Source: a virus (lineage: Duplodnaviria; Caudoviricetes). Taken from it: a stretch of DNA of 64,000 nt. The translations under genes and the position numbers were made by a program. Positions 17,523 to 27,704 of the stretch are shown one piece after another. Where the stretch lies: positions 64,001 through 128,000 of IMG/VR virus record IMGVR_UViG_3300028832_000095; one strand, 5' to 3'. The notes under the pieces are model-generated. The model saw nothing but the letters and a program-made list of their open reading frames with translations. It made no database searches and had not been told where the DNA came from. Positions within the stretch are counted from its first letter, which is position 1. Every line of letters starts with the position of its first letter.

Positions 17523-18113
17523 ATGAATACAATATTAGAAATATCTAATTGGAATCAATTAGTAAAAGCAAGATCAGAAAACTATCCTAATCTGAGAATA
17601 GTTGTAACACAATATAACTCAGAAGAATTAGTTGGAACAAAAATATCTGTTGTAGACTATAACACTAATGATATTTATTTCTCGGCGTTTGCCACAGATA
17701 TGTCTTCCACTATTATTCCGGAAACCGGAACAATGTGGAACGATGATATAATGAAAGTTCTAAATGATTTTGAGTTTAACGTGAAGTTCTCAGAGCCAAT
17801 TGCTGTATCTCAAAATGTTATGACAATTCTGGAAGGACTGTATGCCGGAGGATATCGTTATATTTATAAGCATTATATTCCCTGTATTGGGTATGTAAGC
17901 CCTGAAAAATACGGTTATGATTTCAAGAAGTATGTAAAGCGTGAAATGGATATTTATGCTTCTGTGAACATCAACAACGATGGGGAGAATATTCCTGTAT
18001 CTAAAATTCCGGAATTTCATAGGGATGAATGGGAATGGGTTAAAGCATTTACATCATACCCAATAAAAGATATAATTGATACAGGAACAGTACCAAATGG
18101 ACAACCTATATAA
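17523..18113 (+). CDS. hypothetical protein
   Basis: ORF in operon. Confidence 0.6.
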   Translation: MNTILEISNWNQLVKARSENYPNLRIVVTQYNSEELVGTKISVVDYNTNDIYFSAFATDMSSTIIPETGTMWNDDIMKVLNDFEFNVKFSEPIAVSQNVMTILEGLYAGGYRYIYKHYIPCIGYVSPEKYGYDFKKYVKREMDIYASVNINNDGENIPVSKIPEFHRDEWEWVKAFTSYPIKDIIDTGTVPNGQPI

Positions 18114-18462
18114 TCAAAATTTAGAAATACCAATAGATAACAAATTATCCTCTTATTACATTGTTGACAGTGATCTTAGATATCTATCTACTGTGAAAGA
18201 AGAATACTATTATTTATTTTATGTAGATTCAGGTGTTTTAGGGGAGTTGATTAGTGAAACAGTCAATGAATATGAATTTGATTGTTTTGTAATAACTAAT
18301 CATACACCAATACTTTCTGCGGTATGTGAGATAAAAAAGGATGTTCGTTATGTAACTATAAAGACACAATCGGGAAACTTTAAGCATAAGAAGTCCAGAA
18401 AATCACAAGAGGATAATGTGTTATCACGGTATACAAATAAAAATAAAACTAAACTATTCTAA
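18097..18462 (+). CDS. hypothetical protein
   Basis: ORF in operon. Confidence 0.55.
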   Translation: MDNLYNQNLEIPIDNKLSSYYIVDSDLRYLSTVKEEYYYLFYVDSGVLGELISETVNEYEFDCFVITNHTPILSAVCEIKKDVRYVTIKTQSGNFKHKKSRKSQEDNVLSRYTNKNKTKLF

Positions 18463-18465
18463 GGA

Positions 18466-19185
18466 GTGATCTTATTGGCACGACCGAAGAAAGTTGAAAC
18501 TTGTAAAGATGTACCACAAACTCTTCAAGAACATCCTTTTTATGGATTTCAACTAGACGATGATCAGAGAAATTTCAGAGATTGTATCTGGGATGAAAAG
18601 AAACGTATTGTCTTCTGCAACGCCAAGGCGGGATCTGGGAAGAGCCTTATGGCATTTGCAACAGCAAATCTACTTTATGAATATGGATTATATGACGGAA
18701 TTATATATGTCGTAAGTCCATACGGTGAAGGTAAACAAGGTTATTTACCGGGAGATATTACAGAAAAGTCAGAGGTTTATTTTGAACCAATATATCAAGC
18801 AATGATAAAGTGTAATATCTTTCCACCAAAAGCCGTATATAGTGAATCCCTTGCAACTTCTAATAAAGAATCAACAGGATATGTTAAATGTCTAACACAT
18901 ACATACTTGAGAGGAACTAACTTTGAGAATAAGGTAGTTATCATTGATGAAGCACAAAATGTAGGATTTCCGGACTTAAAGAAAATCTTGACCCGTGTAA
19001 ACGATAATTGTAAAGTCATTGTGATAGGACACAATTTGCAGAAGGATATTGCTGATCCGAAAGACTCCTTTGTGCGATATATGAATTATTTTGAAAGCCT
19101 TAATGATGACCGTGTTGCTATATGTAAGTTGACAAAGAATTATCGTGGATGGATCAGTCAAACAGCAGATTCATTTGAACTATGA
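18466..19185 (+). CDS. phoH: PhoH-family ATPase
   Basis: AGSGKS, GYLPGD, YLRGTNF, IIDEAQN, ILTR. Confidence 0.9.
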   Translation: MILLARPKKVETCKDVPQTLQEHPFYGFQLDDDQRNFRDCIWDEKKRIVFCNAKAGSGKSLMAFATANLLYEYGLYDGIIYVVSPYGEGKQGYLPGDITEKSEVYFEPIYQAMIKCNIFPPKAVYSESLATSNKESTGYVKCLTHTYLRGTNFENKVVIIDEAQNVGFPDLKKILTRVNDNCKVIVIGHNLQKDIADPKDSFVRYMNYFESLNDDRVAICKLTKNYRGWISQTADSFEL

Positions 19186-19188
19186 TAA

Positions 19189-19272
19189 TATATTGGTGTG
19201 TTTATATTTAATGAACACACCAATATTTTTTTTGAATTATAACTTGACTTTTTATTACTATTGTGTTATAAT
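19189..19272 (+). promoter_or_regulatory. terminator + sigma-A promoter
   Basis: ATATTGGTGTG/CACACCAATAT; TTGACT(19244)-N17-TATAAT. Confidence 0.8.
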
Positions 19273-19295
19273 ATAAAAGAAAGAGGTGTTGAACG

Positions 19296-19556
19296 GTGTT
19301 AGATGCTGTTTTTAGTAAAACATTTTATCTTAATATGATTAGAGCTAAGCAGTCGGAAATTCAAAAAGATGTAGATTCTTTATATAAGGAAGTTGATATT
19401 CTTTCAGCAAGAATGGCAACTGTATCAAAAATAGACAAAGAAAAGCATACACAATTAAGCAAAGAAAGAAGACATTTATATTATCTTATAAACAGGGGTA
19501 ATAAAAAAATAGCTAAACTGGAACAGGATTATAAAAGGTTTGATAGAATGATGTAA
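19296..19556 (+). CDS. hypothetical coiled-coil protein
   Basis: GAGGTG RBS. Confidence 0.55.
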   Translation: MLDAVFSKTFYLNMIRAKQSEIQKDVDSLYKEVDILSARMATVSKIDKEKHTQLSKERRHLYYLINRGNKKIAKLEQDYKRFDRMM

Positions 19557-19563
19557 CCGTTAG

Positions 19564-21762
19564 GTGGTGTGTATACAATTGGAAGAGAGATATGTGAAGT
19601 TTTTTGATCTACTACCAAAAACAGCACAATTATCATTACGAATGCTTGTGCCGAATAAGTATGAAAAACTAGACACGGAAATATTATCATGTGTTTGTAT
19701 TCAGCAAGGAATTCTAAAAAAGACAGTAATAGATAATCTAAAAGAAACAGCAGATCGTGTTGTCAACAATATAGCAAAACAGGATTCTTCATGTAAGAAA
19801 GAAATCAAGGAGTTTTCAGATCTTGAAATAACTGATGAATTTGCGGAGTTCCTTGATAACTATTTATTCTTCACAAGCGTATACGGCGATAAATTAAATT
19901 CAAACCTTATAACATACTATGTCACATATCTTCTGGTTTCAAATAAACATTTGAAAAGTCATACATTCTTTGACGCACATCTATATGTAAAATATAAGTC
20001 AAAAGTAGAATCGGAACTAATGCAAGTGATACTTTCAAGCATAGGAATAGTATTATCCGAAGAACTTATCAAATATGGTGATTATATAACGAATCCTCTT
20101 ATGTTAAATCAGTATCCATGTTTTGGAAGGGATACCGAGGTAAAACAATGTGTAGATACTTTATGTAGATTTAAGAAGTCGAATGTAATTCTTGTTGGAC
20201 AACCGGGAGTTGGAAAGACAAGTATCGTATACGGTTTGTGCAATTATCTTCAATCTCCGCATTGTCCAAAACAACTTAAAGGAAAAAGTATATTTTCCCT
20301 AAACGTGAATAGACTTATTAGCGGAACCACATACAGGGGTGATCTTGAAAAAAGAATTTCCGATGTTATAAAGGAACTTGAATCAAATAGAAACATAATT
20401 CTATTCATAGATGAGATACATACATTATTCAATAAACCTACCGGAGATGACACATCTGCATCAATACAGAATGTTTTTAAGCCGTATCTTGCGGAAAATT
20501 CTATGGTAGTTGGATGCACAACTGAGAAAGAGTATAAGATCATAGAATCTGATAGAGCCTTTGAAAGAAGATTTCAGAAAATTCAGGTAAAGGAAACAGG
20601 TGTTGAACAAACAGTTAAGATCATTATGTCCGTGAAAGATAAATATGAGAAATTTCATGGAGTATCCATACCAGATAGCATTTGTAATTATATTGTGAAT
20701 CAATGTGATACCAGAATTCGTAATAAGTTCTTTCCAGATAAAGCCTTTGATATATTGGATAAGAGCTGCGTTATGTGTAAGAATAAAGAAGTAGATATTT
20801 CAACTGATATTATTGACAACAGTATATCCGATTATATGAATATAAACGGATCGGATTCAGTTGATGTTGAAAGCATAAGAAGTCGTATAAAATCAAAAAT
20901 ACTCGGTCAGGATGAAGCAGTAGATACTGTTTTTAGATATATCCAAAAATATCTATTTGGAATAGTATCTGATAAAAAGCCATTAGGTTCTTTTTTGTTT
21001 GTAGGACCAACAGGAGTTGGAAAAACAGAATTGTGCCGTCAATTGGCATCTGAATTATTCTCCCCAGAAAGTTTTATAAGATTAGATATGTCTGAATTCA
21101 TGGAAGCACATTCTGTTTCTAAACTTATAGGATCTCCACCGGGATATGTTGGTTTTTATTCAGGTGGAAGTCTTACAGAAAAAGTAAAGAACAATGCTCA
21201 CGCTGTAATACTTGTAGACGAAGTAGAAAAAGCACATAAGGATGTTTTGAATATATTTCTTCAAATAATGGATGATGGTAGACTAACTGATTCAAGTGGA
21301 ACAACTATTGATTTCAGAAATACATTCATAATAATGACTTCAAATATAGGATGTAAGGAATATCTGGAACATAAGAATATTGGGTTTAACTCTGTTTCGG
21401 AAGATACTGATATCCTGAAAAAGAGTGTTGAACAATACTTCTCCCCTGAGTTTTTGAATAGACTGGATGAAGTTATATACTTTAATTCGATCACCGAGGA
21501 ATCATGTAAAGATATCACAAATATAATTATTGATAATAGGATAACTATGTATGATAAAAAAATGTCATTAGGTATATCTGTTTCAGATAAGGCAAGGATC
21601 AGGATAGCAGAAATGAGTTATAATAAAAAATATGGCGCAAGGTATACTGAACGAAAAGTAAATGATATTCTTGATGATGTTATTCTATTTAACAATAATG
21701 AATGTTTTATATTAGATAAGAATAATGATATTTGGTCTGTGGAGGTTAAAGATGAAAAGTAA
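19564..21762 (+). CDS. ClpA/B/C-family double AAA+ ATPase
   Basis: GQPGVGKT, FIDEIH, DRAFERRF, FPDKA, GPTGVGKT, RLDMSEF, GSPPGYVG, DGRLTD. Confidence 0.93.
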   Translation: MVCIQLEERYVKFFDLLPKTAQLSLRMLVPNKYEKLDTEILSCVCIQQGILKKTVIDNLKETADRVVNNIAKQDSSCKKEIKEFSDLEITDEFAEFLDNYLFFTSVYGDKLNSNLITYYVTYLLVSNKHLKSHTFFDAHLYVKYKSKVESELMQVILSSIGIVLSEELIKYGDYITNPLMLNQYPCFGRDTEVKQCVDTLCRFKKSNVILVGQPGVGKTSIVYGLCNYLQSPHCPKQLKGKSIFSLNVNRLISGTTYRGDLEKRISDVIKELESNRNIILFIDEIHTLFNKPTGDDTSASIQNVFKPYLAENSMVVGCTTEKEYKIIESDRAFERRFQKIQVKETGVEQTVKIIMSVKDKYEKFHGVSIPDSICNYIVNQCDTRIRNKFFPDKAFDILDKSCVMCKNKEVDISTDIIDNSISDYMNINGSDSVDVESIRSRIKSKILGQDEAVDTVFRYIQKYLFGIVSDKKPLGSFLFVGPTGVGKTELCRQLASELFSPESFIRLDMSEFMEAHSVSKLIGSPPGYVGFYSGGSLTEKVKNNAHAVILVDEVEKAHKDVLNIFLQIMDDGRLTDSSGTTIDFRNTFIIMTSNIGCKEYLEHKNIGFNSVSEDTDILKKSVEQYFSPEFLNRLDEVIYFNSITEESCKDITNIIIDNRITMYDKKMSLGISVSDKARIRIAEMSYNKKYGARYTERKVNDILDDVILFNNNECFILDKNNDIWSVEVKDEK

Positions 21763-22066
21763 TATCAAAAGAGCTATTGCTAAGAAAGCGTCACAATCAC
21801 TTCTTACATTTGATAATATTGGACATGGGTTGAAAGTTGCACATCTCAGTTATCTTGGAAAATCCGCTGTTGAATCAAAACTCAATTCTGTACTAACCAT
21901 AAAGAAATGGGTATATGACGAAGAATCTTCTTTGTGGTTTGCCCATGTTACAACTCTTGGAGGAACTGAGTTTGATGTGGAAGCGTCCTCTATGGAAGAA
22001 GTTATTGAGGAATGCAATAACTATTATGAAGAAATTTCTAAAAAGTCCTTGACAAATGAGCAATAA
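21752..22066 (+). CDS. hypothetical protein
   Basis: GGAGG RBS. Confidence 0.6.
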   Translation: MKSNIKRAIAKKASQSLLTFDNIGHGLKVAHLSYLGKSAVESKLNSVLTIKKWVYDEESSLWFAHVTTLGGTEFDVEASSMEEVIEECNNYYEEISKKSLTNEQ

Positions 22067-22077
22067 TGTGTTATACT
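22049..22077 (+). promoter_or_regulatory. sigma-A promoter
   Basis: TTGACA-N17-TATACT. Confidence 0.75.
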
Positions 22078-22096
22078 ATAATTGTAGATTGTGTAG

Positions 22097-22510
22097 GTGA
22101 CATATATGGACTTCAAGGAACTATATAAAGAAGTATTTGATACTGTTCTGGATTCTGATATACTGAGGAATTCAACAGTTCTAATGCTTGGAAAAGATCT
22201 AACCGAATCAGATAGGCTTGAAATCTTGGAACATTTATCTTTAAGACTTCAAGTTGAGTTTGGAAAAACAGTTCGATTCATTTCATCATATGGGGATAAA
22301 AGTGACATTCTAATACAAAAAGGATACGATTCAAGTTACCTTCCAACAGAATTCAATCCCCAAGAAACAGCATTCATAGCGAATGTATATGTAGGTAATT
22401 TCAATAGGTTAAACAGTTGGGAAGTTGATATGCTATCTCAATTAGCTTACTATAAATTTCCTGTATACGGTTTTAGTTCATACCAGTCAATTAAGGTTTA
22501 CGAACCTTAA
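22097..22510 (+). CDS. hypothetical protein
   Basis: ORF behind promoter. Confidence 0.55.
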   Translation: MTYMDFKELYKEVFDTVLDSDILRNSTVLMLGKDLTESDRLEILEHLSLRLQVEFGKTVRFISSYGDKSDILIQKGYDSSYLPTEFNPQETAFIANVYVGNFNRLNSWEVDMLSQLAYYKFPVYGFSSYQSIKVYEP

Positions 22511-22538
22511 AAATAAATAACATTGGAGGTTTTCCACC

Positions 22539-22736
22539 ATGACTAACAAGCCTATTGTTCACGGTTGTTTTGATCCGACTGAGGTTCCTTATTGGTGCAG
22601 AAGGTGCATTCATTATAAGAGTGGGAAAGGTTTACCGTTTCCTGTTTGTGATAAAAGGGAAGATGGAAAGTTTAAGCCCGAAATGGGTAATACTTGTCTG
22701 AGATTAAGACCCGTAAAGGAGGAACCTAAAGAATGA
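22539..22736 (+). CDS. small Cys-rich hypothetical protein
   Basis: GGAGG RBS; CRRC..C..C. Confidence 0.6.
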   Translation: MTNKPIVHGCFDPTEVPYWCRRCIHYKSGKGLPFPVCDKREDGKFKPEMGNTCLRLRPVKEEPKE

Positions 22737-23098
22737 TTGAATGTGAAGGATATATTGCCTATCACGGTGATATGGAAATAACTCCAATGAATCCAGATAT
22801 TGAACCATTTACTATTTATAATAAAGATTTTCTGTATAAGCCTGATACCGGATGTTGGTATGGAAACGGAAGAAGTTTTCCAAAAGAAATCGTATCTGGA
22901 ACATTTGAGTATATAGAAAAACAAGATAAGAAATGTGGCAATAGTTTCACGGTATCTGATGGTGTGGATGAAGTAGATCCATGTCTTTATGATGTTATTG
23001 AAACTCATAGAAATGTGACCGTTGAAGTTTTGAAGTGCTGCAACTGTGGTCACATTGAAGTATCTTGGCATGAAGATTGGGGAGATCAGGAGGTTTGA
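22733..23098 (+). CDS. hypothetical protein with C-terminal Cys motif
   Basis: DPC..KCCNCGH. Confidence 0.6.
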   Translation: MIECEGYIAYHGDMEITPMNPDIEPFTIYNKDFLYKPDTGCWYGNGRSFPKEIVSGTFEYIEKQDKKCGNSFTVSDGVDEVDPCLYDVIETHRNVTVEVLKCCNCGHIEVSWHEDWGDQEV

Positions 23099-23103
23099 AA
23101 TAA

Positions 23104-23676
23104 ATGAAAAAGTTAAAGATAAACATAGATATTGATAATACTGTAAATGACTTTATTGAAAAGTTTGTTCACTTCTGCAATGGAATGCGACCAATTGAAA
23201 ATCAATTCTATGTAGATGCTATGGTGGAATACTCTCTTGAAAAGGATACAAATATAAATGATTCTGTGCTATCAACGCTGTTCTTTAAGAATCCGTCTTT
23301 TTACAAACAGTTAAAACCTCTTAAAGATGCCGAATGGGTAATTGAAAATCTAAATAAAGAACATATAGTAAAATTTGTAACTTCTATTGACTATGATGTT
23401 ATTGATGCCAGAATACAGTTTATAAATAGATACTTCCCGTCAGTGGATATCGGAAAGCAACTTCTTGTTACAAACGATAAACATTCTATTTATGCTGATA
23501 TTGTTATTGATGATTATATCAAACATATGAATAACGTGAATCCAAACTGCAAATTCCTACTATATGATCAGCCGTGGAATAGAAATTTCAATGAGAGGAT
23601 TGCAAGAACAGATGTAAAACGTGTTTTCTCTTGGGAAGAAGTATATAAATATATAACCGAGATTACTTATTTTTGA
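23104..23676 (+). CDS. 5'(3')-deoxyribonucleotidase (HAD, NT5C-like)
   Basis: IDIDNTV, VTS, DIVIDD, QPWN. Confidence 0.85.
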   Translation: MKKLKINIDIDNTVNDFIEKFVHFCNGMRPIENQFYVDAMVEYSLEKDTNINDSVLSTLFFKNPSFYKQLKPLKDAEWVIENLNKEHIVKFVTSIDYDVIDARIQFINRYFPSVDIGKQLLVTNDKHSIYADIVIDDYIKHMNNVNPNCKFLLYDQPWNRNFNERIARTDVKRVFSWEEVYKYITEITYF

Positions 23677-24104
23677 GGAATTTGTTAAATATGACTAATA
23701 AACTGTTAAACAGTCTTTGTAGAATGTATGATTACATATATACTGATAAGCCCTATAAACATACAAAGACCGTTTCCTTTCTTATCTATAAAGGAAAAGT
23801 GGTTAGCTTTGGGATAAATTCAGATAAGACTTCACCTCTACAAAATAAGTATAGGCTTACCACGAAGTTAAGATATGTTGAAAATTTTGTTGATAAGGAA
23901 CATTCCGAGATCAACTGTCTTGGAAAAGTTCATCCAAAATTCAGTTTTAGTAAATGTGAAATAGTTATTATATCTAAAAAACGTGATGGAGAATTTAGAC
24001 TTGCAAGACCATGTGATGTGTGTATGGCTTGTATAAAGGATCTTGGAATTAAAAAAATATACTATACAAACAGGAATCAAACATTTAGCTTTGAAAAGGT
24101 GTGA
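23673..24104 (+). CDS. zinc-dependent cytidine/dCMP deaminase-like
   Basis: HSE..ARPCDVC..GIKKIYY. Confidence 0.8.
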   Translation: MRNLLNMTNKLLNSLCRMYDYIYTDKPYKHTKTVSFLIYKGKVVSFGINSDKTSPLQNKYRLTTKLRYVENFVDKEHSEINCLGKVHPKFSFSKCEIVIISKKRDGEFRLARPCDVCMACIKDLGIKKIYYTNRNQTFSFEKV

Positions 24105-24110
24105 TGTGTT

Positions 24111-24671
24111 TTGGAAACGATTGAGCGACTAAGAGGCTATGGATTTACATATAATCAAACTCTTAATCAACTGATAAAAAATGACACAGACTGTAAGCAT
24201 ATATTCTGGACAATTATTGATCTAACAGAAAGCACATTTCAGTTTATTTTATATAGTCATGAACGGTTTGAGAATTCTGTATATGGTTCGGTGTTATATA
24301 GAATACCGGATTACAGATCCAGAAAGTTGTATATTGATGTTGAAAATTTGGATCATGATAAAATAGTAGAGTTGTCAGACAGATGTTTCCGAGAGTATCT
24401 AAGTAAATATATTAGAAAGAATATCAAAGTCGGGGATGTAGTAAGACATTTCAAATCGAATCCGGAAATCGGAGATCACATTTATAGGATTATAGCAATC
24501 TCACTTGATTGTGTATATGAATCCAAAGAACCACTTGTCACATATCAAGATATAAATAATAATGAAAATTCGTATGTTCGTAAATATTTTGAGTTTATGA
24601 GTTTTGTAGATTTCGACAAATATCCGGATGCCAGACAGGATTATAGATTTGAGATTATTGAACAAAGGTGA
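24111..24671 (+). CDS. protein with C-terminal DUF1653-like domain
   Basis: GDVVRHFK..LVTYQ..YVR..FMS..KYPDARQDYRFE. Confidence 0.7.
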   Translation: METIERLRGYGFTYNQTLNQLIKNDTDCKHIFWTIIDLTESTFQFILYSHERFENSVYGSVLYRIPDYRSRKLYIDVENLDHDKIVELSDRCFREYLSKYIRKNIKVGDVVRHFKSNPEIGDHIYRIIAISLDCVYESKEPLVTYQDINNNENSYVRKYFEFMSFVDFDKYPDARQDYRFEIIEQR

Positions 24672-24678
24672 GGGAGAA

Positions 24679-25095
24679 ATGAGAATAACTGAGCGTGTAT
24701 ACGATTATAATAAACATACGTTCTGGAATGACTGTTATAGTCCAGATATTGAAAATCTGACAATAAAGGAGAAAGCCATCTCTTTTATTCCTAGCTTCGT
24801 GCAATTATATGATGTTATATATGATAAGAAAAGTTATGTGGTTGTTGAATATCAGTATGAGGATACTGAAAAGCTGCTTCTTATAAATATGTCAGATCCA
24901 ATGTTCAATGTTGAGGATATTTATAACTCCGGAGCATTATTTATTGAAATGGCTATCAAAAAAGACACGATTGATCTTTTTAGATATGAGGGTAAAAAGA
25001 ACACGGCATACAAAGTTATAACCCAAAATGGATTCTCTCAATACTACCACTTAAAACAATTTTCCGAAGAATTGAGAGAGGTGAATAATAAATGA
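24679..25095 (+). CDS. hypothetical protein
   Basis: GAGGGAG RBS. Confidence 0.55.
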   Translation: MRITERVYDYNKHTFWNDCYSPDIENLTIKEKAISFIPSFVQLYDVIYDKKSYVVVEYQYEDTEKLLLINMSDPMFNVEDIYNSGALFIEMAIKKDTIDLFRYEGKKNTAYKVITQNGFSQYYHLKQFSEELREVNNK

Positions 25096-25376
25096 CAGAA
25101 GAAGATCGGAAATATTGGAATGACTTTTGGAATAAAATAGCACAGCATGAATATGAATTCCTTGATTCAAAGGATCTACTACCTTACATAGACAAGGATA
25201 AAGATATCTATGATATTATGTGTGATATTGAGAATGCCTTTGAAGATGAATATTTATCGAAACATGAAAATGATGAATGTTTGTTTAACATGATTTCATC
25301 TGATGAATTTGTCAATTATATTTGCAATAGATATAAATTAAAGACCAGAGAGGAAACAAAACTGTTCTTTTGTTGA
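25092..25376 (+). CDS. hypothetical protein, paralog of 47819 C-terminal domain
   Basis: Y.(F/Y)LD..DL..ED.YL.K..ND..LFN.I...EFV.YI..RY. Confidence 0.65.
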   Translation: MTEEDRKYWNDFWNKIAQHEYEFLDSKDLLPYIDKDKDIYDIMCDIENAFEDEYLSKHENDECLFNMISSDEFVNYICNRYKLKTREETKLFFC

Positions 25377-25483
25377 ATATATACAAAAATCCACACAAAT
25401 ACTGTGTGGATTTTTTATTCTTATTTTTTCAAAAACAACTTGACATTTCTTGAAATATGTGTTATACTATATTTACAAGGTTA
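25370..25483 (+). promoter_or_regulatory. palindrome + terminator + sigma-A promoter module
   Basis: TTGTTGAATATATACAA; AAAATCCACACA/TGTGTGGATTTT; TTGACA(25440)-N17-TATACT. Confidence 0.85.
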
Positions 25484-25518
25484 AGCAATACGAATAGGAA
25501 TTTAGGAGGTATATAAAG

Positions 25519-26361
25519 ATGAAAGCATATAAGGCATTTAATAAGGATATGACTTGTAGAGGATTTCAGTTTGAAGAAGGAAAAGAGTATGAGGAACAGA
25601 GTGCTGTTCTTTGTAAATCTGGTTTTCATGCTTGTGAAAATCCTCTTGACTGTTGGAACTATTACGATATGCTTAATAGTGATATTCACGAAGTAGAACT
25701 TGATGGTGTATCTGATGAACGCAATATGGATACAAAAGTCTGTGCGAAGAAGATCAAGATTGGTGTTAAGATGTCCTTGTTTGACATTGTAAAGGCATCT
25801 ATTGATTATGTCAAGGAATCCATAACTAAGGAAGATAATAGGTCTGATAATGTTGACTTTGCTCAACTCGCAAACTCCGGCAATTGGGCAAAACTCGCAA
25901 ACTCCGGTGACTCGGCAAAACTCGCAAACTCCGGTTACTCGGCAAAACTCGCAAACTCCGGTGACTCGGCAAAACTCGCAAACTCCGGTTACTCGGCACA
26001 ACTTGCAAACTCCGGTGACTCGGCAAAACTTGCAAACTCCGGTGACTCGGCACAACTTGCAAACTCCGGCAATTGGGCACAGCTTGCAAACTCCGGCAAT
26101 CGGGCACAACTTGCAAACTCCGGTGATTGTGTAACTATTAGATCAACTGGAAAGAATTCAGTCCTTGTTTGTTCTGGCTATCATAATAAAGTAAGTGCTA
26201 TGAAAGGATCTTGGATCACACTTTCGGAGTGGAAACAGGACGAGGAAGGACATTGGATTCCTGTTTGTGTAAAAACAGAACAGGTTGATGGAGTAAGAAT
26301 TAAAGAAAATGTTTTGTATTCAATTAAAAACGGTGAGTTTGTTGAAGTTGGGGAGGACTGA
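25519..26361 (+). CDS. phage protein with nonapeptide repeats
   Basis: MKAYKAFNKDMTCRGFQFEEGK..GFHAC domain plus 10 A(K/Q)LANSGxx repeats. Confidence 0.8.
   Translation: MKAYKAFNKDMTCRGFQFEEGKEYEEQSAVLCKSGFHACENPLDCWNYYDMLNSDIHEVELDGVSDERNMDTKVCAKKIKIGVKMSLFDIVKASIDYVKESITKEDNRSDNVDFAQLANSGNWAKLANSGDSAKLANSGYSAKLANSGDSAKLANSGYSAQLANSGDSAKLANSGDSAQLANSGNWAQLANSGNRAQLANSGDCVTIRSTGKNSVLVCSGYHNKVSAMKGSWITLSEWKQDEEGHWIPVCVKTEQVDGVRIKENVLYSIKNGEFVEVGED
25861..26130 (+). repeat. 10 x 27-bp in-frame tandem repeat
   Basis: GCA(A/C)AACT(C/T)GCAAACTCCGG units without spacers. Confidence 0.95.
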
Positions 26362-26364
26362 ATT

Positions 26365-26637
26365 ATGAAGATCACAAAGGAAATTGTGGAAACATTGAAC
26401 ACAAAACTTGAAAAACTAGGTTGTAATTTCTGTTATGAGATGATGGAAACAAATGATTATGTTCCTACAATTCGTAGAACGATGAAGGATACTATTGGTT
26501 TTGTTGACAGTGCAACGATTAACTGCACAGCTAAATTCTACGATTGGTTAAATTCTTTCTTTGCAGAGTATGGTATCAAGCTCCAATATAATAATACTAT
26601 GGAGATATGTTGGAGCAAAGATTATTCGATGTTTTAA
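26365..26637 (+). CDS. hypothetical protein
   Basis: GGAGG RBS. Confidence 0.6.
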   Translation: MKITKEIVETLNTKLEKLGCNFCYEMMETNDYVPTIRRTMKDTIGFVDSATINCTAKFYDWLNSFFAEYGIKLQYNNTMEICWSKDYSMF

Positions 26638-26655
26638 GATAGGAGGATAATTAAA

Positions 26656-27086
26656 ATGATGCTTTTGAAAGATGTTCTTAAAATGTTTGAAAGGGATCAG
26701 ATTTTAGATTTTTACGATATGGATGGAAAGATCATCTGTGATACAATGGTTATTACCGTTGAACGTGACGGTGCAACAAACTTTGGAATATCTGAAAATA
26801 CAAATGTTCACAGAGTTGAGTTTGGGATAATGTTATTAAGGTGTTTGTTGATAATGTTAGAATCCTCGAAAAAGGTAAGGAATATTATTTTCAGGTTATT
26901 CAGGCAGCAGAAGGATATTCTTACGGCTATGTTAAGATGACATCTGAACAAGCAAGATTTGTCAACTATGTTACAAATCAAAATAATTGGAAATTGTCAG
27001 AGTTGGATAGCTATGACGGTTCATTTATTGTTAATCTTAACGATTGGAAAACAGTAGAAGAGGTAGAAGGGGATGATTCGGCATGA
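26656..27086 (+). pseudogene. frameshifted gene (26656 + 26841 ORFs), paralog of 27694..28173
   Basis: One extra T at 26821-26823 joins HRVEF-WDNVIKVFVDN; shared YYF..G.VK.T.EQAR.V..NWK..WKTV..VE. Confidence 0.65.
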
Positions 27087-27391
27087 TTATTCCAGAGGTA
27101 ATGAAAAATTTAAATAAGGATATTAAAGAATTTTGTGATAGATTGTATTTCAAATATAGTCCATTTTCAGACATGGATATTATTGCAAATATTGTTTATA
27201 GTGGGATGTTGACATATAGTAGTGACTTGAGAATGAAAGAAGAGTTTGACAGGATAGATAAATGTAAATATAGAAATCTTGCAATTGAAGTCGAGAAGAA
27301 AGTACAAAAAGAAGTTGAACAAGAGATAAAAAGTTATTTATCTGATAGATTTGGAGGATATTGTAATGCCGTACAAAGCGGAAAAGATTAA
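27083..27391 (+). CDS. hypothetical protein
   Basis: Coupled ORF. Confidence 0.55.
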   Translation: MIIPEVMKNLNKDIKEFCDRLYFKYSPFSDMDIIANIVYSGMLTYSSDLRMKEEFDRIDKCKYRNLAIEVEKKVQKEVEQEIKSYLSDRFGGYCNAVQSGKD

Positions 27392-27704
27392 ACTTCCTGA
27401 ACAGTATGACAGAAGAAGAAAACTGACAGAATCTCAAAAAAGTGAAATTAAAAGTAAATACGAAACAGGTTTTTACAGTCTTAACGGTCTTGCCAGAGAA
27501 TATACAGTGAGTAAGAAAACAATTCTTCTTATTGTAAATCCCGAATCTAAGAGAAAGAACGACCAACATATCAAAGATCATTGGAAAGACTATGTAAGAC
27601 CTAAACAGGAAAGAAATGAGATTATAAAAGAACATAGACATTATAAGCAAGAATTATATAAGAGTGGCAAGATTAAAATGGAGGAACTGAATAATGACTC
27701 TTAA
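27366..27704 (+). CDS. HTH DNA-binding protein
   Basis: RKLTESQKSEIK..SLNGLAREYTVSKKTI. Confidence 0.65.
   Translation: MPYKAEKIKLPEQYDRRRKLTESQKSEIKSKYETGFYSLNGLAREYTVSKKTILLIVNPESKRKNDQHIKDHWKDYVRPKQERNEIIKEHRHYKQELYKSGKIKMEELNNDS

Noticed and set aside
25861-26130. CRISPR array
   Set aside because: Repeats are contiguous, in frame and have no unique spacers.
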